A program made the position numbers and the translations under genes. Below the pieces are notes generated by a model. That model was not told the DNA's origin. It saw nothing but the letters and a program-made list of their open reading frames with translations, and made no database searches. Below are positions 1 to 6,787 of a stretch of 24,261 nucleotides of DNA, piece by piece (position 1 is the first letter of the stretch; each line of letters opens with the position of its first letter). The stretch comes from a virus. Its lineage: Duplodnaviria; Caudoviricetes. The stretch covers positions 1 through 24,261 of the IMG/VR virus record IMGVR_UViG_3300044676_000826; one strand, written 5' to 3'.

Positions 1-33
1 CAAGATGGTATAACCACCTCACCATTTGAGTTA

Positions 34-67
34 GAGCGAGATTATGGGTTGCAGCCCTGTCTCGCTC
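34..67. other. Stem-loop in putative transcript leader
   Basis: GAGCGAGA (34-41) pairs with TCTCGCTC (60-67), with an inner GGG/CCC stem (46-48/55-57). A second short stem is ATGGT (5-9)/ACCAT (21-25). Confidence 0.5.
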
Positions 68-73
68 ATTTCG

Positions 74-101
74 TTTATATCACGCCGAAATCATAATGCA
101 A
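74..101 (-). promoter_or_regulatory. Putative sigma70-type promoter reading leftward out of the window
   Basis: Minus strand TTGCAT (101-96), 16-nt spacer, TATAAA (79-74) with an extended -10 TG. A/T tract upstream (106-122). Confidence 0.5.
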
Positions 102-113
102 TCACTTTTTTAA

Positions 114-290
114 TTATTTTTTCTGCGACCCTACATTATTTCTTTGCAGTTCATATTTCCGCATCAGGATGATCTGACGCTCTTCTTCGCTCCACTTGGG
201 CAGATCCACGCCCAACACTTTTCTGCGATTGGCGAAGCCTTCTAGCTCCTCCAAGCATGAAATTGCATTAACCTTCTCTTCAAACGTCAT
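114..290 (-). CDS. Hypothetical protein, 58 aa (not in ORF track)
   Basis: Hand translation MTFEEKVNAISCLEELEGFANRRKVLGVDLPKWSEEERQIILMRKYELQRNNVGSQKK*. Co-oriented with the replication operon; weak GGGA SD. Confidence 0.65.
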   Translation of the reverse strand: MTFEEKVNAISCLEELEGFANRRKVLGVDLPKWSEEERQIILMRKYELQRNNVGSQKK

Positions 291-307
291 AAGTCAAAAT
301 CCCAGTC

Positions 308-533
308 TTGGACACTTGGACACCCCTTAGGGGTGTGTCCTGTCTGTCCAAAGATGACCAAATGGTTGGACACTTGTCCAAACTGCTTGTCCTTCATGTC
401 CAACCTTTGCATAACTTATTGTTATCTATGAGAAATTGTTGGACATCCACTAGCCTCTTGATATGTCTATCCGCTGTCCTTTGAGACACACCTAGCTCTA
501 TTGAGACAGCCTCTTTTAGGACACGTCTGGACA
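308..533. repeat. GGACA/TGTCC iteron-like array with central palindrome; candidate replication origin
   Basis: 12 copies of GGACA/TGTCC (starts 310, 318, 336, 345, 368, 375, 388, 397, 441, 475, 519, 529). TTGGACAC occurs three times (308, 316, 366). Palindrome ACACCCCT-T-AGGGGTGT at 320-336. Confidence 0.75.
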
Positions 534-2214
534 CCCAATTTTCACCGAAATTTTCCACAATTTTGTGATATTCGTCCTTCACGACATCTTCAGCACGATC
601 TTCTTTTGACATGCTTTTGCGGCTATCTTGTATCTCCATGAGCGCCACTGACTTTGCAGGATTGCCATCTGCGCCCATCAATTCTTTCTCCACGTGAATG
701 AAGTTTTTTGGCTCAGGTATCATGGCGTCCTTCATTTTTGTCCACTTAACTTCCACCTTGGCGATCTGATCGTCGCCCCATTTCTCCACCATAAATTCGC
801 AATCGACAGCCCCCAGAAGCGCAGAGCTACCCCTAGCGCGATCCTTATTGCCGTGTCCTGTGTGATGTACTGCCAGCACAGTGCAGGAATAATCATCCCG
901 CATATCATCGACTGCCCTAATGATTGCGCCCATCTGCTGGGTGCTATTTTCGTCTGCTGCACCCATTGCTCTTGCCAGCGTGTCGATCACGATTAGCGCC
1001 GGTTCTCCATGCTCTTCAACCATGCTATCCACTACGCTGCGTAGCTCTTGCACATGCTCTTCATCTGTCAGCACAATGGAGCGGCTTGATTTAAAGAAGG
1101 GTAGCCCCTTGAGGCTGACATCATTCTCTGCTGCCCATGCTGCGGCACGTCTAGCAAAGCCATTATGTCCTTCACCGGCAATATAAAATACTGGCCCGCC
1201 ATCCACTGCATGACCGTGAAACTCTTTCTGTGCAGCTATGCAGAGCGCCATATCTATCGTGAGGAACGTTTTTCCTGCTGCTGGAGCGCCAAAGCATACT
1301 GCAAATGTATTCTTCTCTAGCAAACCATCTATGATCCACTCTGGCGCTTTAAACTCCAGATCCCCCAGCGGAACAAATAGCTCCCTCTTTTTGCGCACCT
1401 TCTGCAACTCAGCGGCCACTGCTGGTCTGCCATCGCGCAGCATAACGTCATTCCAATCGTCGCCCTTTCTGCGCGGCGCTCTATATGGCAATCCTGTTTT
1501 ATTTGCTGCATCTATGCCTGCACTATCGTTATCTGCTGCTATGACAAACGTGGCGTTTGGTTTGGCTTCTTGGAGGATAGCTGCCACCTTTGGTAGATTA
1601 CCGCTGCTCAGCGCGTATATACACGGCCTGTCGGTGCTTATGTGAACTGATACTGCTGTGGCCCAACCCTCTGCAATATAGGTCAGCCCCTCAGCGGAGC
1701 CTCCTATAACAGCAAATGCATTTTCCGTTTTGCTGCCTTTGTTGAACTTCTTATCACCATCTGGGCTAATCTTTTGCGATCCTGCCTTTTGCAGCTTGCC
1801 ATCTGTTAGGTGATAGAACGGCACAACTACGTTACCGTCTAGTTCCTGAGCGCCTATTAGCGGCACTCCTTTGCGCTCATGGTAAGCCTTTGGGGTTTCA
1901 TCCTTGAACGGGTTTTTTGCGCTTGGCAGACTTGGCCAATCGCTTACCTCCATGATTGGCCATAGCTCCATGTCCAGCAGTCTTTTTTGTATTGCCTTCC
2001 AGTCACCACATTGCCTGCAATTCACGCTGACATTGCCGTTATATTCCTTGACCCAGAAGCGGTCATTCCCGTTGCAATTCGGGCATGGCCCTTTATATTC
2101 GCTGCCATGCCTTTTCAGCCCTAGCTGATTGGCTATTAACTCGCCCCAGACGTGCCATTGTGCATCTGGATACTTGTCTTTTTTATTGTTTCCCATTATA
2201 AACTCCATATTCAT
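394..2214 (-). CDS. Primase-helicase (Zn-ribbon + TOPRIM + RecA-like/AAA_25 helicase + C-terminal winged helix)
   Basis: CPNC...DRF...CRQC zinc ribbon; TOPRIM motifs IAEGWATA and AADND; Walker A GAPAAGKT; Walker B LIVIDT; HHTG..RGSSA; HTH-like C-terminus. Start moved to ATG 2214, which follows an AAGGAG SD; 2196 is an alternative. Confidence 0.92.
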   Translation of the reverse strand: MNMEFIMGNNKKDKYPDAQWHVWGELIANQLGLKRHGSEYKGPCPNCNGNDRFWVKEYNGNVSVNCRQCGDWKAIQKRLLDMELWPIMEVSDWPSLPSAKNPFKDETPKAYHERKGVPLIGAQELDGNVVVPFYHLTDGKLQKAGSQKISPDGDKKFNKGSKTENAFAVIGGSAEGLTYIAEGWATAVSVHISTDRPCIYALSSGNLPKVAAILQEAKPNATFVIAADNDSAGIDAANKTGLPYRAPRRKGDDWNDVMLRDGRPAVAAELQKVRKKRELFVPLGDLEFKAPEWIIDGLLEKNTFAVCFGAPAAGKTFLTIDMALCIAAQKEFHGHAVDGGPVFYIAGEGHNGFARRAAAWAAENDVSLKGLPFFKSSRSIVLTDEEHVQELRSVVDSMVEEHGEPALIVIDTLARAMGAADENSTQQMGAIIRAVDDMRDDYSCTVLAVHHTGHGNKDRARGSSALLGAVDCEFMVEKWGDDQIAKVEVKWTKMKDAMIPEPKNFIHVEKELMGADGNPAKSVALMEIQDSRKSMSKEDRAEDVVKDEYHKIVENFGENWVSRRVLKEAVSIELGVSQRTADRHIKRLVDVQQFLIDNNKLCKGWT

Positions 2215-2227
2215 ACTGCTCCTTATA

Positions 2228-2257
2228 AGGGCGCTGCGCTCTCCCACGCAGCGCCCT
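2228..2257 (-). promoter_or_regulatory. Perfect 11-bp hairpin between SSB and primase-helicase (attenuator or mRNA-stability element)
   Basis: AGGGCGCTGCG (2228-2238) and CGCAGCGCCCT (2247-2257) with an 8-nt loop. No long U-tract; directly upstream of the primase SD. Confidence 0.65.
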
Positions 2258-2265
2258 ACGTTTAT

Positions 2266-2892
2266 TTAGAACGGGATTTCATCATCAAATGTTCCGCTTG
2301 CTGGTGCATCTATGACAGCCGCTTTTGGTGTGGCCGCTGGCAACCCGAATGGATCATCTTTTGGCATTGTGTCTGCAATGCTGACGAACCCTTCCATTGC
2401 CGCAAATGGTGATGCTTGTTCCAGTGGCTTATGCTCTATGACTTGCACAGCCCGCAGCCTGAGCGACACACCGGCATCGCGCATGTTATATGGCACGAAT
2501 GTCACTGCCACGTTTACGGTGCTGTCTGTGGTTAGCATAAAGTCATCTGCCAGCTTATTACCTTTGGCGTCATATTGACCAACGCCATCGGTTAGCTCTC
2601 CGTTATAGTTGCCTTTAAGCTTGGCCTTAGCGATAAAGATTTCATCGCCATCCTTCTTGAATGGCATGTTAAACTCTTCTGGCCATTCTGGTTTGCGCTT
2701 TGCTGCATATGCTTTTCGCATTTCATCTAGCAAAACCTTCGCCTGATCGCGTGTCATCTTGATTGACATCTCATATGCCGCATTGGGATCTTTGGGATCA
2801 CATGGCACTGATCTTTGTTCCTCAGCGGAATATTTGTAGGTTTTGTTGATACGTGGCCACAACGCTTTAACGTTCTTGATGGTATATTGCAT
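2266..2892 (-). CDS. ssb: Single-stranded DNA-binding/annealing protein, T7 gp2.5-like
   Basis: GVSLRLRAVQVIE motif typical of gp2.5-like OB folds; acidic C-terminal tail ending DDEIPF; lies between exonuclease and primase. Confidence 0.85.
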   Translation of the reverse strand: MQYTIKNVKALWPRINKTYKYSAEEQRSVPCDPKDPNAAYEMSIKMTRDQAKVLLDEMRKAYAAKRKPEWPEEFNMPFKKDGDEIFIAKAKLKGNYNGELTDGVGQYDAKGNKLADDFMLTTDSTVNVAVTFVPYNMRDAGVSLRLRAVQVIEHKPLEQASPFAAMEGFVSIADTMPKDDPFGLPAATPKAAVIDAPASGTFDDEIPF

Positions 2893-3681
2893 TTATTGCT
2901 CCTTTGCTTTTAACCATTCTGGTAGTTCAATGATATTAACCTCAGGCCAATCAGTCGGGTATGACTGCTCATCCTGAGCCTTCTTTATGCGCCGCAAAAT
3001 ATTCATCATTCGTTGGTGCGCATAATCCAATACGCCATTGCTTAGGACGTGAACCCCTACAGCGTATGGCGGTGATTTTTCCACTGCGGCGAATATGCAG
3101 TGTGTCACAGGCAGCTTTTCGATTGCAAGCACATATCTGTAGAACGCCATTTGCAAATCATAATTGTATGACCAGATATGCTTCTGAAACTCACGCTCTG
3201 ATGGCCCAGCGTCTAAAGTGCTTTTTAGATCCAGCAGCAGGCCACCTTCTTTTACATAGCAGTCTGGCCTACAGCGAAGTCCAAGCCCCGTTTCTGGACA
3301 GGTAACAAATATGCTATGCTCTATCATTGCGCTTGGATGCTTCACGATTGAGGCTACCCTTGGGTGGCGCAATGCACTTTCTGCCATTGCATTACAAATG
3401 TCGTAATCGCCTTGCGTTAGCAGAACCTTACCTTGCGCCTCTGCTTCTTCCTTGGCCTCGCTCCACGCTTTACCTCTGCGCGTCTCTGGGCCGCGTATAA
3501 CGCGCCCTTCGCTTGGCTCTAGGGTTAGCTCGTGAAAAGCCGTTCCCAGCGCCAGCGCAGGCGTTTCAGAGCGTACAGCGCCCTTCCAGTGAGCCAATGA
3601 TTTAGACGCAGCTTTGACATCACTGCTGCTGATTTCTTCACGCTCATGGTAGGCGTGGTTGGACATGCTGGGATCAATCAT
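2893..3681 (-). CDS. PD-(D/E)XK exonuclease, RecE/exonuclease VIII-like
   Basis: YH...ISSS, GTAFH..LEP, RCRPD, LDLKST, YDLQMAFY and VEKSPPY motifs. Confidence 0.88.
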   Translation of the reverse strand: MIDPSMSNHAYHEREEISSSDVKAASKSLAHWKGAVRSETPALALGTAFHELTLEPSEGRVIRGPETRRGKAWSEAKEEAEAQGKVLLTQGDYDICNAMAESALRHPRVASIVKHPSAMIEHSIFVTCPETGLGLRCRPDCYVKEGGLLLDLKSTLDAGPSEREFQKHIWSYNYDLQMAFYRYVLAIEKLPVTHCIFAAVEKSPPYAVGVHVLSNGVLDYAHQRMMNILRRIKKAQDEQSYPTDWPEVNIIELPEWLKAKEQ

Positions 3682-4072
3682 TCATCATCTCCCTAACTAA
3701 GTAGCAAAATCCCTCTAAATCCAAGACAGCGACAAATCCGTTGTCTTTTTCTTCGTACATGACCGCGTGTAGAGGAACGACAACACGCACGTCACGATGG
3801 TCAAACTTATAGACAACACACGGCAGCTTTCCTGCGCGATTTGCGGCGCGACTGGCTTGGCCCCACCAGTCTGGGCGCATTCCATCGCCAGATTTGTAGC
3901 GCTTGCATTCTATAACGAATGGAAAGTTTACGCCTTTTTCTGGCACTAGATCACCGTGATCGCCTTCGCGGTATTGCTCAAGATCACGCTTGAACTTAAT
4001 CCCAAGATTATCCCATAGGTAATTGGCTATACTGCGCTCAAACTGTGCGCCTTTTGCGCGTGAATTAACCAT
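3674..4072 (-). CDS. Holliday junction resolvase, Hjc-type PD-(D/E)XK
   Basis: SRAKGAQFERSIA...GDL...IECK pattern; 132 aa. Confidence 0.85.
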   Translation of the reverse strand: MVNSRAKGAQFERSIANYLWDNLGIKFKRDLEQYREGDHGDLVPEKGVNFPFVIECKRYKSGDGMRPDWWGQASRAANRAGKLPCVVYKFDHRDVRVVVPLHAVMYEEKDNGFVAVLDLEGFCYLVREMMND

Positions 4073-4232
4073 CTACTGCTGGTTGCTCCACATGAATGCC
4101 ACGCTTTGCGAGGTAATCCCGCAATGCGCCTTCTACTATGCCTGCCATACTACGACGCTCTTTTTTCTTTATGATCTTCATAGCCTCAACTAAATCTGGG
4201 TCTATGCGCACCAACAACTGATGTAATTCCAT
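4065..4232 (-). CDS. Ribbon-helix-helix (Arc/CopG-like) DNA-binding protein, 55 aa (not in ORF track)
   Basis: Hand translation MELHQLLVRIDPDLVEAMKIIKKKERRSMAGIVEGALRDYLAKRGIHVEQPAVDG*. AAGGAG SD; alternating beta strand followed by two helices; overlaps the resolvase start. Confidence 0.85.
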   Translation of the reverse strand: MELHQLLVRIDPDLVEAMKIIKKKERRSMAGIVEGALRDYLAKRGIHVEQPAVDG

Positions 4233-4245
4233 TGCAATTCTCCTT

Positions 4246-4305
4246 TGCTATATTTTTGATATATAAGTGCTTGCAAACTGTCAAGGGATAGCATAATGAT
4301 ATATT
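4246..4305. promoter_or_regulatory. Divergent promoter/operator region
   Basis: Minus strand: perfect TTGACA (4284-4279), 17 nt, TATCAA (4261-4256). Plus strand: extended -10 TGaTATATT (4297-4305) and TTGCAA (4271). TGMTAT boxes at 4246, 4257, 4297 and inverted at 4288-4293. Confidence 0.7.
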
Positions 4306-4329
4306 CACTACCTAATGAAAGGAAATGAA

Positions 4330-4467
4330 ATGAATAATATAACAAAACTCCGCGTCATGCTGCGCGATATGGAAAACAGCCTTGGCATCTTTGGAGATGT
4401 CATAGGCGCTATCTGCATCTTCGGAATACTAATTGTCGGTTTATTTTTTGCAGGAGTTTACCAATGA
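4330..4467 (+). CDS. Small membrane protein, 45 aa (not in ORF track)
   Basis: MNNITKLRVMLRDMENSLGIFGDVIGAICIFGILIVGLFFAGVYQ*. AAGGA SD; C-terminal hydrophobic helix; ATGA overlap with the next gene. Confidence 0.8.
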   Translation: MNNITKLRVMLRDMENSLGIFGDVIGAICIFGILIVGLFFAGVYQ

Positions 4468-4997
4468 ACCTCACAACAACACATGATTTTGTAATCACTC
4501 ACATGATGGACAACGGCACGACATTTGGAGTGCGCGTTGATACTGGCGAAAGCGTACATGTTTCGCCGCGTTTATCTCAGCAATGTGATGCTCAGATCGA
4601 TGACATCTGCACCGGCATCTTAGTGCGCAATACGCAGTATAACGCAGACCGCACACCTTGGGTTGCCGCCTATGTAGAAAAAGCTCGTCCTGCGAAGGAA
4701 ATGTTCAGGGAAATGTTTGGCGATATGCGCCCTGAGCCAGTCGAAGAAGCGCCAAGGGAGCGCACTTGGGATGAGATAGCAGATGAAATTATTGCTTTCC
4801 TGAGCAGCCCAGAGGTCTCATACTGCGAAACATCAGACATTAGCGAGGCAGTCGATATGGAAACCCGAAGGTTAAGTAATGTGCTGGAGCATATGCATAG
4901 CCACGGCAGAATATGCAAAGCAGAGGTGCGCCAGAAGGCAGATCAGGAGCGCGTATCTATGGCGCTGTGGTCTATTGATATGAGCGTGTACCAATGA
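4464..4997 (+). CDS. Hypothetical protein, possible C-terminal winged-helix domain
   Basis: 177-aa ORF with GGAG SD and ATGA overlaps at both ends. TSDISEAVDMETRRLSNVLEHMHSHGRI is wHTH-like. Confidence 0.75.
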   Translation: MNLTTTHDFVITHMMDNGTTFGVRVDTGESVHVSPRLSQQCDAQIDDICTGILVRNTQYNADRTPWVAAYVEKARPAKEMFREMFGDMRPEPVEEAPRERTWDEIADEIIAFLSSPEVSYCETSDISEAVDMETRRLSNVLEHMHSHGRICKAEVRQKADQERVSMALWSIDMSVYQ

Positions 4998-5149
4998 GCT
5001 ATTGCAGAGAATGTGATGGTACGGGCCGCATAGAGCGCCGCAGCTTTATGCAAACGCCTGATAGTGCAACATGGGAAACATGGACAGAACCTTGTCCTTA
5101 TTGCCAAGATGAAGATGATTATGATTGGCGCGGGGAGGATCAAGAATGA
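4994..5149 (+). CDS. Small zinc-finger protein with DnaJ-like CxxCxGxG repeat, 51 aa (not in ORF track)
   Basis: MSYCRECDGTGRIERRSFMQTPDSATWETWTEPCPYCQDEDDYDWRGEDQE*. ATGA overlaps on both sides. Confidence 0.8.
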   Translation: MSYCRECDGTGRIERRSFMQTPDSATWETWTEPCPYCQDEDDYDWRGEDQE

Positions 5150-5322
5150 CAAAAACAACATGGATTGCTCTAATGGTATTTTCATCGCCATATGAATGCG
5201 CAGAATTTATCGAAAAGTACAAAGCCAACCTATATGGCCCTGTGCAATGCGTTATTCAGCATGAAGAAACAAACACCGTGCGCCCCAAGCGCAAGCCAGA
5301 GCAAACAGATGCGCCACGTTGA
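5146..5322 (+). CDS. Hypothetical protein, 58 aa
   Basis: MTKTTWIALMVFSSPYECAEF..., with GGAGG SD and ATGA overlap. Start reassigned from 5125 to 5146. Confidence 0.7.
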   Translation: MTKTTWIALMVFSSPYECAEFIEKYKANLYGPVQCVIQHEETNTVRPKRKPEQTDAPR

Positions 5323-6166
5323 TTTGTGTTCTGGGATTGGCGGCTTTGCATTAGGCTTTGAGTGGGCGGGGTTAAGCACACCTGTGCTGTTCTGTGACAT
5401 TGAGCCGTGGAGCCGCCAAATATTACGCAAACATTGGCCTGATGTGCCGATTGCAGAAGATGTAAAGGAGTTAGCCAATGACCCAAATAGAAATGTTCCC
5501 GATTGCGACATCCTTACAGCAGGATACCCCTGCCAGCCCTTTTCACTTGCCGGGGAGCGCAGAGGCACAGAAGATGACAGACATATCTGGCCATACATAT
5601 TTTCCATTATTCAGGCCAAACGACCCGCTTGGTGCGTTTTCGAGAATGTTTATGGGCATGTCTCTATGGGCCTCGACGAAGTGTTATCTGACTTGGAACG
5701 TGAAGCCTACGCCACAAGGCCGTTCATTGTTCCAGCTTGCGCCGCAGACGCACCTCACAGAAGAGACAGAGTTTGGATCATCGCCAGAGATGTGGGCGAC
5801 ACCAGATGCGGCGGCAGGAAAGAGGGGAGGAACGCTGAAGAGAGGCAAACGCCCATCAGGTGCAAATCGTCAAGTGTCAATAAACGATCAGGTAAAGATG
5901 TGGCCGACCCCCACAGCGCACATCAGCAAAAAAGGGGCATATCCAGCCGAGTACAATCGCAACACAACAACGCTAACGGCAGAGGCGACAGCATCGGAAG
6001 GGAAGCCCCACAGTTCTGGCTCCCTGAACCCGCAGTGGGTAGAGTGGCTAATGGGATACCCAGAAGGGTGGACAGACTTAAAGGATTAGGTAACGCGATT
6101 GTGCCGCAGATTGCACAGCGCATAGGAGAAACAATTAAGGCTATAGAGGAGAACAACAATGGCTAA
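5309..6166 (+). CDS. DNA (cytosine-5) methyltransferase, large (alpha) subunit lacking motif IX
   Basis: Motif I DLCSGIGG, IV AGYPCQPFSLAG, VI FENV, VIII APHRRDRVWII, X LKGLGNAIVP. Start at MRHVDL (5309) places motif I at the N-terminus. Confidence 0.92.
   Translation: MRHVDLCSGIGGFALGFEWAGLSTPVLFCDIEPWSRQILRKHWPDVPIAEDVKELANDPNRNVPDCDILTAGYPCQPFSLAGERRGTEDDRHIWPYIFSIIQAKRPAWCVFENVYGHVSMGLDEVLSDLEREAYATRPFIVPACAADAPHRRDRVWIIARDVGDTRCGGRKEGRNAEERQTPIRCKSSSVNKRSGKDVADPHSAHQQKRGISSRVQSQHNNANGRGDSIGREAPQFWLPEPAVGRVANGIPRRVDRLKGLGNAIVPQIAQRIGETIKAIEENNNG
5478..6089 (+). CDS. Nested +1-frame methyltransferase small (beta) subunit, M.EcoHK31I-beta-like
   Basis: 203-aa stop-free frame inside the MTase gene. 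AAGGAG SD at 5465-5470, 7 nt before the ATG. Ends in motif IX-like LNPQWVEWLMGYPEGWT; two WxTP repeats. Confidence 0.8.
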   Translation: MTQIEMFPIATSLQQDTPASPFHLPGSAEAQKMTDISGHTYFPLFRPNDPLGAFSRMFMGMSLWASTKCYLTWNVKPTPQGRSLFQLAPQTHLTEETEFGSSPEMWATPDAAAGKRGGTLKRGKRPSGANRQVSINDQVKMWPTPTAHISKKGAYPAEYNRNTTTLTAEATASEGKPHSSGSLNPQWVEWLMGYPEGWTDLKD

Positions 6167-6389
6167 ATGGGATCTTACCAAGATCGAAAACTGCTCAACC
6201 GTGGGCGATTATATTGATGAAGATGATACACAGCCAAATCAGCCAACGTCGCTGATGATTGTGCGCTCTATTAATCGCAAAGCAGATATTATGCGAATGG
6301 ATGCTGGGCGCAATCCAGAGCGCCGCACAATGAAGCAACGCGCTGAGGAAATCATAGCCCTCTGCGCGATGCTGGAGAAGCGCCTATGA
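6159..6389 (+). CDS. Hypothetical protein, 76 aa
   Basis: GAGGAG SD; overlaps the MTase stop and the next start. Confidence 0.75.
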   Translation: MAKWDLTKIENCSTVGDYIDEDDTQPNQPTSLMIVRSINRKADIMRMDAGRNPERRTMKQRAEEIIALCAMLEKRL

Positions 6390-6718
6390 ATGAACAGATG
6401 ACGCTGCTAGACCGCTGGAAAGAAATGGCTGTCATAGAAAACGCAAGGATGCACCGCCGCATGATTGGACGGGATGATATGCACCCTTATTCTCACAAGC
6501 CTTGGGCAATAGAAAAGCTGCGCAAGGAAATTGAGCGCTGCCTAAAGAGGCATGGTGAGCTATCTGTGGGTGATTTGTGCAGTATGATTGAGCAGGATGT
6601 GACGCATATTGACCTTGGCTTAAAGACCCTACGCGACCGGCGTAGGATTGTTAAAACGTCTTATATTCATGGCCAGCAGCTATATCGCATTAGCACAAAG
6701 GATGAGCGCCGCTTGTAG
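6386..6718 (+). CDS. Hypothetical protein, probable winged-helix DNA-binding domain
   Basis: GGAG SD; ATGA overlap; LKRHGELSVGDLCSMIEQDVTHIDLGLKTLRDRRRIVK is wHTH-like. Confidence 0.7.
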   Translation: MNEQMTLLDRWKEMAVIENARMHRRMIGRDDMHPYSHKPWAIEKLRKEIERCLKRHGELSVGDLCSMIEQDVTHIDLGLKTLRDRRRIVKTSYIHGQQLYRISTKDERRL

Positions 6719-6742
6719 ATCACCCGCAAAATATAGAGATAC

Positions 6743-6782
6743 AAAATACCGCGTGGTCAAATCATTGATTATGCGGTATTTT
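6743..6782 (+). promoter_or_regulatory. 18-bp RNA hairpin upstream of the nuclease start (terminator or translational block)
   Basis: AAAATACCGCGTGGTCAA-ATCA-TTGATTATGCGGTATTTT. All three non-Watson-Crick positions are G:U on the plus-strand RNA. Confidence 0.75.
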
Positions 6783-6787
6783 TATGC

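Noticed and set aside
34-67. tRNA gene suggested by the GGG-CTGCAA-CCC hairpin
   Set aside because: No cloverleaf, D-arm, canonical TTCGA loop or CCA end.
308-401. Repeat array as CRISPR or attachment site
   Set aside because: Units are 5-8 bp in mixed orientation with no spacers, and there is no cas or integrase gene.
2215-2247. GTG start at 2247 for the primase-helicase
   Set aside because: It lies inside the hairpin, and a strong SD precedes ATG 2214.
694-3305. Plus-strand ORFs opposite the replication genes (e.g. 1238-1645, 2961-3305)
   Set aside because: Antisense shadows of well-supported genes, with no motifs or convincing SDs.
5192-5308. 39-aa N-terminal extension of the methyltransferase in the ORF track
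   Set aside because: It overlaps the coupled gene 5146-5322, and motif I begins right after ATG 5309.
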